A stretch of DNA of 62,367 nucleotides, counting the filler, from Chrysochromulina tobinii (Eukaryota): assembly GCA_001275005.1 (NCBI GenBank). It is 5 parts of 5 records of this genome, joined end to end, with 100 filler letters (N's around TTAATTAATTAA, not from the genome) between each part and the next. Parts side by side here need not be neighbours in the genome. Positions count along the whole stretch, not along the records: positions 30,204 to 48,094 come from JWZX01001343.1; positions 48,195 to 60,035 come from JWZX01001344.1; 3 more parts are not named here. One strand, written 5' to 3'. The notes beneath the pieces were generated by a model. It saw nothing but the letters and a program-made list of their open reading frames with translations. It made no database searches and was not told the DNA's origin. Positions 41,527 through 52,502 of the stretch are shown here, piece by piece (within the stretch, counting starts at the first letter, position 1; the number at the start of each line of letters is the position of its first letter). The translations under genes and the position numbers were made by a program.

Positions 41527-43255
41527 TGGGGTGCGGGGGGGTTTCCTATCATTTTTGGGGGTAGTTTCCTATCGGATACGTATCCTGATGTATTCTGATG
41601 TATCTTGCATGTATCTTGCATGTATTCTGAAGGATACATGTATCCCTTATGTATCTTGATGTATCTCAAAATGTATCTTAAATGCCCTGTTATATTCCAA
41701 GAGAATACATGTATCTTGATATTTTGCGTGTATTTTACACGTATCCCAAACGAGTCCAAGATACATTTTAGGATACATATCAGATACATCAAGATACATG
41801 TATCTTGAGCGCTTCCTTGATGTCACTCTGGATACATTTCACGATACATCAGGATACGTGTATCTTGGATTCTTTATCACGATACATCAAGATACACCGA
41901 GATACAAAATCACGATACATGTATCTTGGACGCGTCATGACGACACTTCAGGATACAATCAAGATACATCACGATACATGTATCTTGGACGCTTCGTCCG
42001 AGCCGCGCTGGATACACACAAGATACGCTCGAGATACACAGCAGATACATTAAGGATACGTATCTTGGGCTCATTCTATTTGCCCTGCTGTCCAAGGAGC
42101 TGAAGGCGCTCCGCCTCTTCGTCGCTCGAGTCGGGCTCCACTTGGGGCTCGCGTTGAAGGGCTGGCACCGGTGCCTTTCGATTGTTCCCCATGAGCCCCG
42201 CGCCTTCTTCAACAACGCATTCGTCTGAATCGCCTTGAGCTGAAAGCGCACGTTGAACCTCGTCAGCATGTGGTTGTTGGTGGCTGAAAGTATGTGAGAG
42301 CCAGGTTCTTCAAGTCAATGAGCTGGTCGAGCTGCACGGCAGCAGTCCTCGCCCTCTTCATCTCCTTTGCGCGCCCCTGTAGCTGTTGCAAGGTAGGCAC
42401 ACCTGCGAGGAGGAACGCACGTAGGATACATAAGAGATACATGCGGGATACATGCGGGATACATGTGCGATACATATGGGATACATGTATCTGCAGCGGT
42501 TCGAGGATACATAGGGGATACATGCGGGATACATGAGGAATACATGATGAGATACATGTATCTCAAATGTATCCGGAGAGGTACGTATCTCAGATGCAAG
42601 ATACATGCGGGATACATGCGGGATACATGTATCCTCAGAGGTCATCAAGATACATGTGGGATACATGCGGGATACATGCGGGATACATGTATCTCAAATG
42701 CATCCAGAGAGAGATGTATCTGATACGAAGGCGACATGTGGGATACATGCGGGATACATGCGGGATACATGTATCCTCAGTGGCAATCAAGATACAATCC
42801 AGATACATTCTGGATCCATGCAAGATACATGCGGGATACATGCGGGATACGTATCTCGGGGGTTTGGGGGTATCCAAGCGCGGTCGCAAGTAGGGCTCAA
42901 GATACGTATCTTGATGTGTATCTCTATGTATATCATATGTATATGACATGTATCTTGATTGTATTTTGTGTGCCATGTATCTGAGGGTTAAGATACATTG
43001 TATCTTATATGTATCTTAAATGTATCTTGAATGTATCGTAAAGAAGGATACATATCCCTAGGTAAGATACAATTCCTATGATGGCCAAAGTGACAGATAC
43101 AAATGTATCTTGATGTATCTCGATGTATCTTGATGTACATGAACGGGACGCATCAAGATACAATCAAGATACATGCAGGATACATCAAGATACATCAGGA
43201 TACGTATCTGATAGGAAGCCCCCCCCAAAAATGATAGGAAACCCCCCATCACCCA
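41527..43255. mobile_element. Non-autonomous TIR/foldback-like DNA element with dense GATACAT subterminal repeats
   Basis: Imperfect terminal inverted repeats of roughly 90 bp (TGGGGTGCGGGGGGGTTTCCTATCATTTTTGGGG... and ...CCCCAAAAATGATAGGAAACCCCCCATCACCCA); many GATACAT/ATGTATC units; non-repetitive core about 42075-42420; second copy end at 1-86. Confidence 0.8.
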
Positions 43256-43598
43256 GGGGGTACGCCCTCATTCACACCACACGACCCTCGTCTCGGCGTC
43301 GAGACGCAATTACGTCTTACCGTCGCCAACGCCATCACCGCGCTCGGGAGCGGGACAGGCGGCTGGGCTGGGTTCGCAGGGGGCGGCCTCTTTTGAGTCG
43401 GCCGCGAGGAGCGGTCGGCTCCGGGGCTGCGGCCGTTGAGTCGGCCGCGGATTCGGTCGTCTCGCGGTCGCGGTGCGTTGGTGGGTTGGGATGGTTGTGA
43501 GGTTCGGCTGTCCGTGTGTCCCGCTTTTGTCCGGGAACGACCCGGGTCCCGCGAGTGTCCCGGCTCCCCCCGGACTTTTTACCGGTGCAGAAAAAAAA

Positions 43599-46500
43599 AT
43601 GCTAAGGCTGCTCTTGTGCTTGGTGGCAATCGTGCAGCCTTCAGAACCGCTTCCGCCCGCTGAGCCGTCGCCTCCATCCTCGCCACCGTCGGAGCCATCG
43701 CCTCCCTTCGACCCTCCTCGTGCCGCTGACCCGGCCTCTCCACCTGAATCGCCACCATCGCCCTCGCCTCCATCCGCGCCTCCACCCGAGTCACCACCAT
43801 GCCCTACTCCGCCGCCCAAACCACCGCCCATGACGCCACCTGAGCCACCGAGCACTCCGCCTCCACCCTCTGCTCCACCGCCCGCGCCATCGATCGTGGC
43901 GCTCGTGGCCGCGGACGATGACGAGAGCGAGGCCGCGTTCGCCGACTTCGACACGTTGCGCGTCTACTTCTGGCCACCGACGAGCGCGCCCACCGGCCTC
44001 GCCGGCCCCGACGGCCGCCTGGACAGACGAGCGGTCGACGCATTGCTGATCTTCTCATCAACGCTCTTGGGCGACTATTGGGCGACATGGAACTCGTCGA
44101 CGGTGCTCGAGATTACTTTTGGCGTGGTCGACCCAGCGAGTGCCCCCACGCCCGGCGCCTTCACCGTCCGCTGCCGCGCGGGCAATCGCATCACGTCGGC
44201 CGCCGCGCCGTCCGCCGAGTGCAGCTCCATCTCGCCGCAGCTCGAGGGTCGTTGGGGCTATGCGGTGCGCCCGTCGCCGCTGCGGCTCACGTCGTTCGTC
44301 GCCTTTGACCCCGACGATGGCGACGAGGTGTGCGGCGAGGGCGACGTGCTGACCCTCGTCTTCAGCGCGCCCACCGACCGCGGCCGCCTTGGCGCCTCCG
44401 GCCCCTTGTTCGGCGTACCCTCGGATGGCACCGACGGCGGCGCCGCCACGGGCGCCGGCGGCGGTGATGGCCTCGTGCGGTATGATGGCGTTGGTGCGGC
44501 GGCGGCCGAGGCCGTCCCGCTCATCTCGGGCGGCGCGCTCGACGAGCTGCTCGCCTTTGAGCCCGCGCCGCCACCGTCCGCCAACCTCAGTGCCATCTGG
44601 CGAGACGACTCGACGTTGGTCATCACGATCCTCTCGTCGACACGGGAAACCTTGGAGGAAGGTCATGGCGCCGCCGCCGGCGCGAGCGGCGCCCTCGCGA
44701 GTGGGGGCGGCGGCGACGAGGCTGCGGCCGCTGCGACCTTCATTCGGCTCGGAGAGTTCCGAGCGACCACGCGGGCGGGCGCGGCGCTTCGCGATGCGGC
44801 TCAGACGTCTGTGCACACAGTCACGACCTCGCCCGCCCTCTCGGGAAGCTGCGGGCGGCCGCCACAGATTGCCGCCTTCATCGCGGCCGACCCCGACGAT
44901 GCCGACGCCGTGTGCTCCGATGGCGATGTGTACACGTTGCACTTTGACCGGGCGACGGACCAGCCGCCGGCGAGCTCGCGCGTCGAGATCGACCGGCTGC
45001 TCGCCTTTTCGCAGGCCATCGGGCGCGAGTACCACGGCAGGTGGGCCGACGCCTCAACGCTCTCCATTACGGCCGTGCGTGGCCACGCGCCGGCGCCCGA
45101 GCTAGGCATAGCTACGGCCTCCTTGCGCGGCCCGACGGTCACGGGAGCCACGCTCCTGAGGAATGCCAACCAGCGCTCGAGACCGTCCGCAAGCATCTCA
45201 CCCCCGCTACAAGGGAGCTGCGGCGCGCCACCGACGGCGGAACGCCTAGAGCCAAGCGCGGGGCCGAGCGTGGGCGGGCGCGCCGTCACCGTCATTGGGC
45301 GCGGTCTCGTCTCGCCGAGCGCTGGCGCCGGCGCGGTGCGTTGTCGTTGGGAACGGCGATTGCCTCTGATGATCTCTGTTGACCTCTGATGATCTCTGAT
45401 TGCCACCCTCATCAGGTGCGTTGTCTGTGGGAACGGTGGCCACCAGAGGCTGAAGCCCCGGCGCCGTCCACCGACGGCGCGTCGCCGCCCGGCACACCGC
45501 CCGGCAGCGAGCCGGAGGCAGGCACCTGTGAGTCTGCCGAGACCGAGCCCGACGCGCCTGACGCGCCGCCGCCGCCACCGCCACCTCCCTTTGTGCGTGT
45601 GGAAGCACCACAACGACCGTTACACGTCGCTGCGGACGCCGTCGTGTGCATCGCGCCGCGTTCGCTGCGGGCGGCCAATGTGTCCGTGCGCGTGGACAGG
45701 GGAGATGGGGTCGTCGTGCCTCTCGTCGAAGCGCCCAGCGCAGCTGCCACCGGTGCTGCCGGCGCCGTCGCGGGCGCCCCATCAGGGCTCGTGTACGCCT
45801 ACTACGCCCCCACGATCATCTCCGCCGTGGAGCCCTTAGGGGGTCCCTACCAAGGGGGGGACGCGCCTCACTGTGCATGGCTCCTTTTTCGAGCGCCGGC
45901 CCGCCCTCGAGCGCCGTGGCGGGCGCCCACTGTGCCGGTTCGGGCTCGCTGTGGGGAGCCTCGCTGTGGGGCCTCCCGGCGGCGTGGCGCGCGCCGAGAC
46001 CGCCACCGCTGCGCTCGCTCTGGCTGCGGCGACGGCCGCGGCCGCCGCCGCTGCTGCGAGCTTCGAGGCAGGTTACGAGCCGGAGAGCTATGATCTCGAG
46101 TCCTCCTCGGTTCCGTCAGATGGCCACCAGATCGCCTCCTCGGTTCCGTCAGAGGCTGATTACGAGCCGGAGAGCTATGATCTCGAGTCTCCTGAGGACG
46201 TGGGCGTGGGCGGCGGGGCGGCGCTGTCGGCGCTGTCCGGTCCGACATTGTACGTGCCTGCTGTGTGGAATGGCAGCAGCCGTGCCACGTGTCTCGCGCC
46301 CGCCTGGCCGCGCCGCTGGTGGCCGCCCGAAGCTTCCAACGGTCGTCTCTCGTCGCTCGCGCTCGGCTTCCTACCGGACGGAGCCGAGGAGGCGATCTGG
46401 TGGCCGCGGAGCGACGGCACGCTCACGACGGCGCCGCGCTGGGCGCACCTTGATTCACAGCTATCGGCCGTACGGCCGGCGAGCGGTCCGCGCGCTGCTG

Positions 46501-48094
46501 GCACGCGCGTGACGATTCTTGGGCGCGGGCTGGGCGTCTATGCCGACGAGGTCGGGAGCGACTTCCCCTCGTTGTGCCATCTGGGCGGGGCGCCACCCAC
46601 GCCGGTGCACGCCATTGACGAAACACGAGACGAGCTCGTGTGCGAGATGCCTGCATGCCTTGGATGCTCGTCGAGAGCCGGTCCCGGTACGGCTGCCGCC
46701 GCTGCCGCCGCCGACGACGACCCGCCATGCTGCCGTTGGGGTGCGGCCCTACCCGTCGCGGTGGCCCTCAACGGCCGTGACTGGGTCGGTGGGCAGCCGC
46801 CCGTGCGCTTCCGCTACTATGATCCACCCTCGGTGAGCGCCCTCGGGGCTCTGCCCGTGGGCTCGCCTCTAGCTGGCCCGTCTCTCGGCGGCACTCCGGT
46901 CACCGTGCGCGGGCGCGGCTTCCAAACTGTGCCCAACGTGGCGCTCGACGCGCGATGCCGCTTTGGGCACGTGGTCGTGGGCGTGGCGCGCGTGAGCGAC
47001 CAGGAGGTGCTGTGTGTGACGCCACCGCACCGCAGCGGCACCGTGTCCGTCGCCGTCGCCGCTAATGGAGTCGACTTTGTACCCAGCGCCAACGGCGGAG
47101 GCAGCACGGCGCCCAGCACGACGCCAGGCGCGGGCTTCACATTCGAGTACCAATGCACGGGCTACCCCGACGGGCCGACGTGCGTGGCCCACCGATTGCC
47201 TCCCTCATCAGGGCGCGTCGCTGATTGCCTCCCTCATCAGGGCGCGTCGCTGATTGCCTCCCTCATCAGGGCGCTGATTGCCTCCCTCATCCCGACGTGC
47301 GTGGCCGATCCCAACTGCGGCGGGTGCAAGTGCTCCAGCATGCAAGTGCTCACCACGGCGCCTCGCCCTTCCCCACAGGTGCGTGGCCGATCCCAACTGC
47401 GGCTGGTGCGATGATCCGGGTGTGGGCTGCCTCGCGTGCGTCGGCTTGGGCGAGGGCGGCCGAGGCGGCTGTACCTCCGACGATGGCGGCGCGAGCTTCA
47501 CGTGCAGCTCGGTGGCGGGCGCGTCGGCGTGCGGTGCCCCTGCCGGGCAGTGCAGTACGCTCTCATGGCGTCACCCTGTGCTACTCCCCGGCGGGCCGCC
47601 CGACGTGAGCATCACCACGGAGCTGCTCAACCGCAGCTTCGCCATGTATCAGCTCACCCCTCGGCACACGAACTTTGCAATGAGGATTTCACTCGAGACG
47701 CCGGGATGGGCGCGCTCCGTGACCCTCTTCGCTCGCAAGGACTTGCCGCCCTCAGGCCGCCCCCCACTCGACTACCTCCGAGTGGAGCGCCCAGCGACCG
47801 TCGTCTCCAGCGACCGGCGCCAGATCGTCGAGATCGGGCCGACGGAGCTCGGCTGTTCACAGCGCGAGACGCGGCGTGAAGACGGTCGCTGGCCGCAGCT
47901 GCGCGCGCAGAGCGAGCGTTCCATTAACGGAACTCGCTGGACGCAGATCGAGCGCGAGCTTGTGGGAGCGCTCTACCCGCCGACGCACCGCTGGGATGGT
48001 GGCGCCTCAGGGGCCGACGAACCCGATTGGCTCGCCGAGAGCGGCGGCGTGGGCGGGGGTGGGGGCGGCGGCGGAGGCGGTGGCGGGGGCGGGG
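43599..48094 (+). CDS. 3'-partial secreted/surface protein: signal peptide, Pro-rich linker, three DPD(D)xD..GD repeats, IPT/TIG domains, PSI-like Cys module
   Basis: MLRLLLCLVAIV; repeats VAADDDESEAAFADFDTL / VAFDPDDGDEVCGEGDVL / IAADPDDADAVCSDGDVY; IPT motifs PSAGPSVGGRAVTVIG, PASGPRAAGTRVTILG, AGPSLGGTPVTVRG; TCVADPNCGWC after splicing 47180-47378; intron 45336-45415; apparent frameshift in the G7 run at 45854-45860. Confidence 0.75.
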
Positions 48095-48194
48095 NNNNNN
48101 NNNNNNNNNNNNNNNNNNNNNNNNNNNNNNNNNNNNNNTTAATTAATTAANNNNNNNNNNNNNNNNNNNNNNNNNNNNNNNNNNNNNNNNNNNN
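48095..48194. other. Artificial contig-joining spacer
   Basis: N44-TTAATTAATTAA-N44. Confidence 0.97.
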
Positions 48195-49301
48195 CGCCCC
48201 CCCCTCGACCATAGCGAGACCCACGAGCAGGGGCGAGAGCTTAGAAGGAGGAGATGCCTGGTCGCGCTCGTTCATGAGGATCCCCTTCGGGCGGGCTCGG
48301 GGCCCCGGCGCGGGGGACCGAGCGTGGACCGGGTCGGCGCACCCACTACGCAGCACCCACCCGCCCAACCGTGTGCGTGAGTGGGTCTCGTACGAGGCCG
48401 ACCGGGGGTCTGAGGGGTCGTGTTGGATCCGGCGTCGGAGCCGTGCCACGAGTTGCCGGAAGCGGGCGAATGGGGTATGTGGGTAGCAGCGCTTGGCGCC
48501 GCCGCCCACTCCCGGGACCTGCTCTGTTGTGTCAACCGTGTGGAGGTCACCCCCTCTTAGTGAGGAAGAGCTCAGTGAGCTACCCGAGTGTGTGTTGTGT
48601 GAACGCCTGGTACGGCGCGCGAAGCGCGGCGTGAAACTCCGTCATCACGATTTTGCCGCACACGACCCTCAACAGCAGGTGTGGTCGGGGATGGAGGTCG
48701 AAGCGGCCGAGGCCGAGAAGCTCGCCGCGCCGCCGCAGGAACCATGTGCATCCGATAAAGGGTGGCAGAAGGAGGCAGAGGCGTCGAACGCCGTCGACGA
48801 GGCAGTCGAGCCGCGTGAAGCGGAGACTGCGGCTCTGCTGCGCGAGGTGCGCAGGCATTGCGTTACGCCACGCTGCCGCGCGGCTCTGGCTCGCGCATGG
48901 GCCGAAGGAGGCCGCCTCGGCATGGGCGCCCGAAGGCCTGGCTCGGGTGCTGGCCTAGGCTTATGCGGGCTCCCTGCAGCGCGCGCACAAACGTGCTGTG
49001 CTTGGTTGGCCTTCCTCTGACCACGTGTACCGCGCTTGCTTCGCTGCGTCAGCAATCATCAATGGCAGCCGCGCCATCGGGATTAGAGCCGCCGCCGCCT
49101 CCTCCGCATCAGCCGACTCCTCCGCCTCCGCCGCCGCCGCCGCCGCCGCCGCAAACTCCCACGCCTCCGCCGCAGCTTCCTACGCTGCCCTCTCCAAGAC
49201 AAACACCCGCAGGGCCAGCCTGGTCGAGGAGCATGGAGAGAGCAGCTAAGAGGTGCGACGCGCGCTCTTCTCCCTGCTGCTCCCTCGCCCCGCACCATCC
49301 C

Positions 49302-51362
49302 ATGGCTCGTGCCGGCCTCGTGCTCTGCCGTTGCCCCTCGTCTGACCGTCGTCGTCGTGCTGTCGATCGTTATGACAGAGAGAATGTTTTTAAGCGCGAA
49401 TTCCTGCCTTTGGAGGGGGTTGAGGTTGTGATTCAGCCAACTGTGCAAGCGCCGCCGCCGGCAGACCACCAACCCAGTCCAGCGCCCAGAAGCCGGTCGC
49501 TCTTCAGGTGCATTCCGTGCGACTGCCACACGACGCTGGTCCATTCGCCACTTCTCGTCTTCGCGTGTTCGCTCAGCGCCGGCTACTTCGGCGTGTCGCT
49601 CGCGTTCAGCCTTTTGCTTCAAAATTTTGGTGCATTCAACCAAGGTGAAGATCTTATCCTCGTGCACTGCTCGGACATCTTCGACGCCGAAAATTGTGCT
49701 GCCGACGTCGACAAGGAAGTCGCCCAAGCAGAATCAGCAGCCAACAGGTTGCACGTCACAGCCCTCGTTTTCGCTCTTCTGGTCAACAATAAGTGGCTCA
49801 AGTGCCAGTGCACGGCGCTTCCCAAGACGTCCCTTTGCGCCTTGGTCGCCGTGTGCCTCCTCACTGGCGTCATGGGATTAGCCGCTTTCATCGCGTCGAC
49901 GGTGGAGGCCTCGGCATGCTTCTCGTGCAAGCTGGTACCCGATATCCAGCTGAGATTTGAAAACCAAAAAGTAGACTTTGTGAGCCTCCTCTCGGTGATG
50001 CGCTTCGAGTCGTTCCTGGGCGCCATCACGAGCCTCTTCCTCTTGATTGCGGTTGCCTGGATGGCGCTCGGGCGCGTCCCATGGATCACGAAGCTCTTCC
50101 GTGGGCACGCCTACCTCACGGATCACGAAGCGTCGATGATTCGCCACCTAGTCACGTCGCGCGTCTACATCGGCCTGTTCGTCGGCCTCCTGGTCAACAT
50201 TGCTGTCGTCATCTACTTCGGGTCGACGCTGCATGGTTGGCTGGCGATCATGGATGGATGGAGATCTTGGCTGCCTGATTGGCTGGCGAGCATTTTGTCC
50301 CGCCTAATCGGCGCGGGGGTGGGCGCGGCGATGGACTTTTTGTCCAGCCTGTTCGGCGGCGGGCTCGAGGAGGAGGGCGAGGGCGAGAGCGGTGGCGGCG
50401 AGGACATAAACACAACGGCGATAAGCCAGGCAGTGAACTCAATGCTGCTCAGTCCGACGGTGGTCAAGAATATAGAATTAGTTCTGGTCCTGCCAAAGTC
50501 AGCCATTCTCTTCGGGCTCATCCTGCTGTACGTGCAGCTCGCCGTATGCGTGCTCGCCTCCGCCTTCAACGGCTGGAAGCACCTGCAGCATTGGCGCACC
50601 GTCACCAAGGTGGCGCGCACACAGGTGACGCCATCTCCGGCGGAGGGCATCAGCCCCGCCCAGCCCGACGGGCTCGATGCTGAGCACTCGCGCCTCTTAG
50701 ACGTCGGCTCGAAGAACCTCATCCAGGCCTCGAGGCTTCCAGCATTCATGTGCCAATCGATCGCGTGCGGATCTGTCATCATCGCCCTAGTGGTGAGCCC
50801 CATCATCACCGCTCTGTACACGTGGTCGGCATACAAGGACGTTCAAGAAATAGCCGCGCCAATCGTTGAATCCATCGGCTGGTTCGTGGCCGTCCTTATC
50901 GGGGGCGTACTCTCGCGCATGGTCCTCGTCCGTTGCCTGTTCCATCCGAAGCAACTCCGAGGCGGCGGCGAGGTGTGGCCCATGCGGCGACCCATTTGCT
51001 TTGCGTGGTACGAGGCCTTCTATCTGGTCTTCGCGATCGTCGAAGGCATCTGGATCGGTGCCAAACGGTTGTTGGGCACCTTCACCCAAGCCGTCGCCTC
51101 GCTGCTTCGCACGGACCGCCCGTCGCATGCCGAGGGGCGTGTCGCGAACGACGTGGTGTTCAGCTCGTATGCGGCCGTGCTCTGCCTGGAGCGCGACGCC
51201 GAGGCGAGTCGTCGGCAGGCAGGCGCGACGCATTTTGAGAGCGGCGTACTTGCTGTCGAGTCGGATGTGAGTCTGAAGCATACGGCACTGTGGTGCCTGG
51301 GGTGGCTTTGCGCTTGGATCACACCGCCCATCATCTATTTTGTGATCGTGGTGCTGACTTAG
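49302..51362 (+). CDS. Polytopic membrane protein, STRA6/RBP-receptor-like, copy 1
   Basis: About ten hydrophobic segments; RRPICFAWYEAFYLVFAIVEGIWIGAKRLLGTFTQAVASLLRTDRPSHAEGRVANDVVFSSYAAVLCLE matches the remembered STRA6 C-terminal pattern; upstream in-frame ATGs at 49062 and 49233 possible. Confidence 0.6.
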   Translation: MARAGLVLCRCPSSDRRRRAVDRYDRENVFKREFLPLEGVEVVIQPTVQAPPPADHQPSPAPRSRSLFRCIPCDCHTTLVHSPLLVFACSLSAGYFGVSLAFSLLLQNFGAFNQGEDLILVHCSDIFDAENCAADVDKEVAQAESAANRLHVTALVFALLVNNKWLKCQCTALPKTSLCALVAVCLLTGVMGLAAFIASTVEASACFSCKLVPDIQLRFENQKVDFVSLLSVMRFESFLGAITSLFLLIAVAWMALGRVPWITKLFRGHAYLTDHEASMIRHLVTSRVYIGLFVGLLVNIAVVIYFGSTLHGWLAIMDGWRSWLPDWLASILSRLIGAGVGAAMDFLSSLFGGGLEEEGEGESGGGEDINTTAISQAVNSMLLSPTVVKNIELVLVLPKSAILFGLILLYVQLAVCVLASAFNGWKHLQHWRTVTKVARTQVTPSPAEGISPAQPDGLDAEHSRLLDVGSKNLIQASRLPAFMCQSIACGSVIIALVVSPIITALYTWSAYKDVQEIAAPIVESIGWFVAVLIGGVLSRMVLVRCLFHPKQLRGGGEVWPMRRPICFAWYEAFYLVFAIVEGIWIGAKRLLGTFTQAVASLLRTDRPSHAEGRVANDVVFSSYAAVLCLERDAEASRRQAGATHFESGVLAVESDVSLKHTALWCLGWLCAWITPPIIYFVIVVLT

Positions 51363-52502
51363 GATGACTCTGACTGATGAGCGCGGCGGCGAGGTGAACG
51401 GTGGTTTCTATCACGCTGAGGTAATGCCGAGGCGTTCCATCAGCTGTCTTCAAGGGCAAGCAACAGAAGGGCGGTAGAGCGCTCGCTCCGGCACTGAGCG
51501 GCGCTCACACAGCCGAGCGGGCGGGCAGAGCAGAAGATCTGCTGCGCAGGTGCCACGTTGTGGTCAGTGTGAGTGAGGCGTGTACCGGCACGCAGTGCGT
51601 GCGCACCGGTAACGCGCGCCGCGGCGCTCGTCAGGGCCATACAGTGTGCGGGACGCATGCCATGTCTTTCCCTGGACCTGTTGTTCTGTTGTGTCAACGG
51701 TGAGTGTGGAGTTCATCCCCTCTTAGTGAGGAAGAGCTCAGTGAGCTACCCGAGTGTCGTGTGTTGGTGAGCGCCCTGGTACGGCGCGCGAAGAAGCGCG
51801 GCGTGAAATCGGCGTGATCGGTGATGAGGAAAAGCAGTCCAAACCTCCAATCTGGCGCCAAGAACTCCTACCACGTCGCCGCCCCCTGTGCGAAGCCGAA
51901 CACGTGACGCGTGACGGACCCAGCCTGTGGACAGCCGTGCCGTTTACTGCGTTTTTCTTCACACAGGCATTTCACGCTTGAGCCTTTAGCCTGAGGGCTT
52001 CTTCACATGTTCAAACCTTGAGAGGCAAGAAAGCTAATTAGTCGAAACAACACATGTACCTAAACAAGCGCAACCGCTTGCTTACTTACTTGTGAGTCGA
52101 AGGCGCCGCACTGAGCAACAGGAAGAAAGCGAGCGCGCCGCGCGCCACACCAAAGATGTCTTGATCGTGACCTTGATCGCGTGTGGCACATCGACGGCAC
52201 ATCCGAGGTTCGCAGTCGAAGTCGGCAGGCTTTGCGTGTCGCCGCGCTGCCGCGCGGCTCTGGCTCGCCATTGGCAGAGGGACTCGGCATGGACGCCCGA
52301 AGGCCTGGCTCGGGTGCTGGCCTAGGCTTGTGCGGGCTCCCTGCGACGCGCGCGCACAACCGTGCCGTGCCAGGTCTGAATACGTGTATCGCGCTTGCTC
52401 GTTCGCTGCGCAGGGCGAGCCTGGTCCAGGAGCACCGAGAGAGCAGCTATGGGGTGCGGCGCGCTCTCTTCTCCCTGCTGCTCCCTCGCCCCGCACCATC
52501 CC

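Noticed and set aside
41499..43123. Many short Met/Tyr/Cys-rich ORFs
   Set aside because: Products of the GATACATG repeats in all frames
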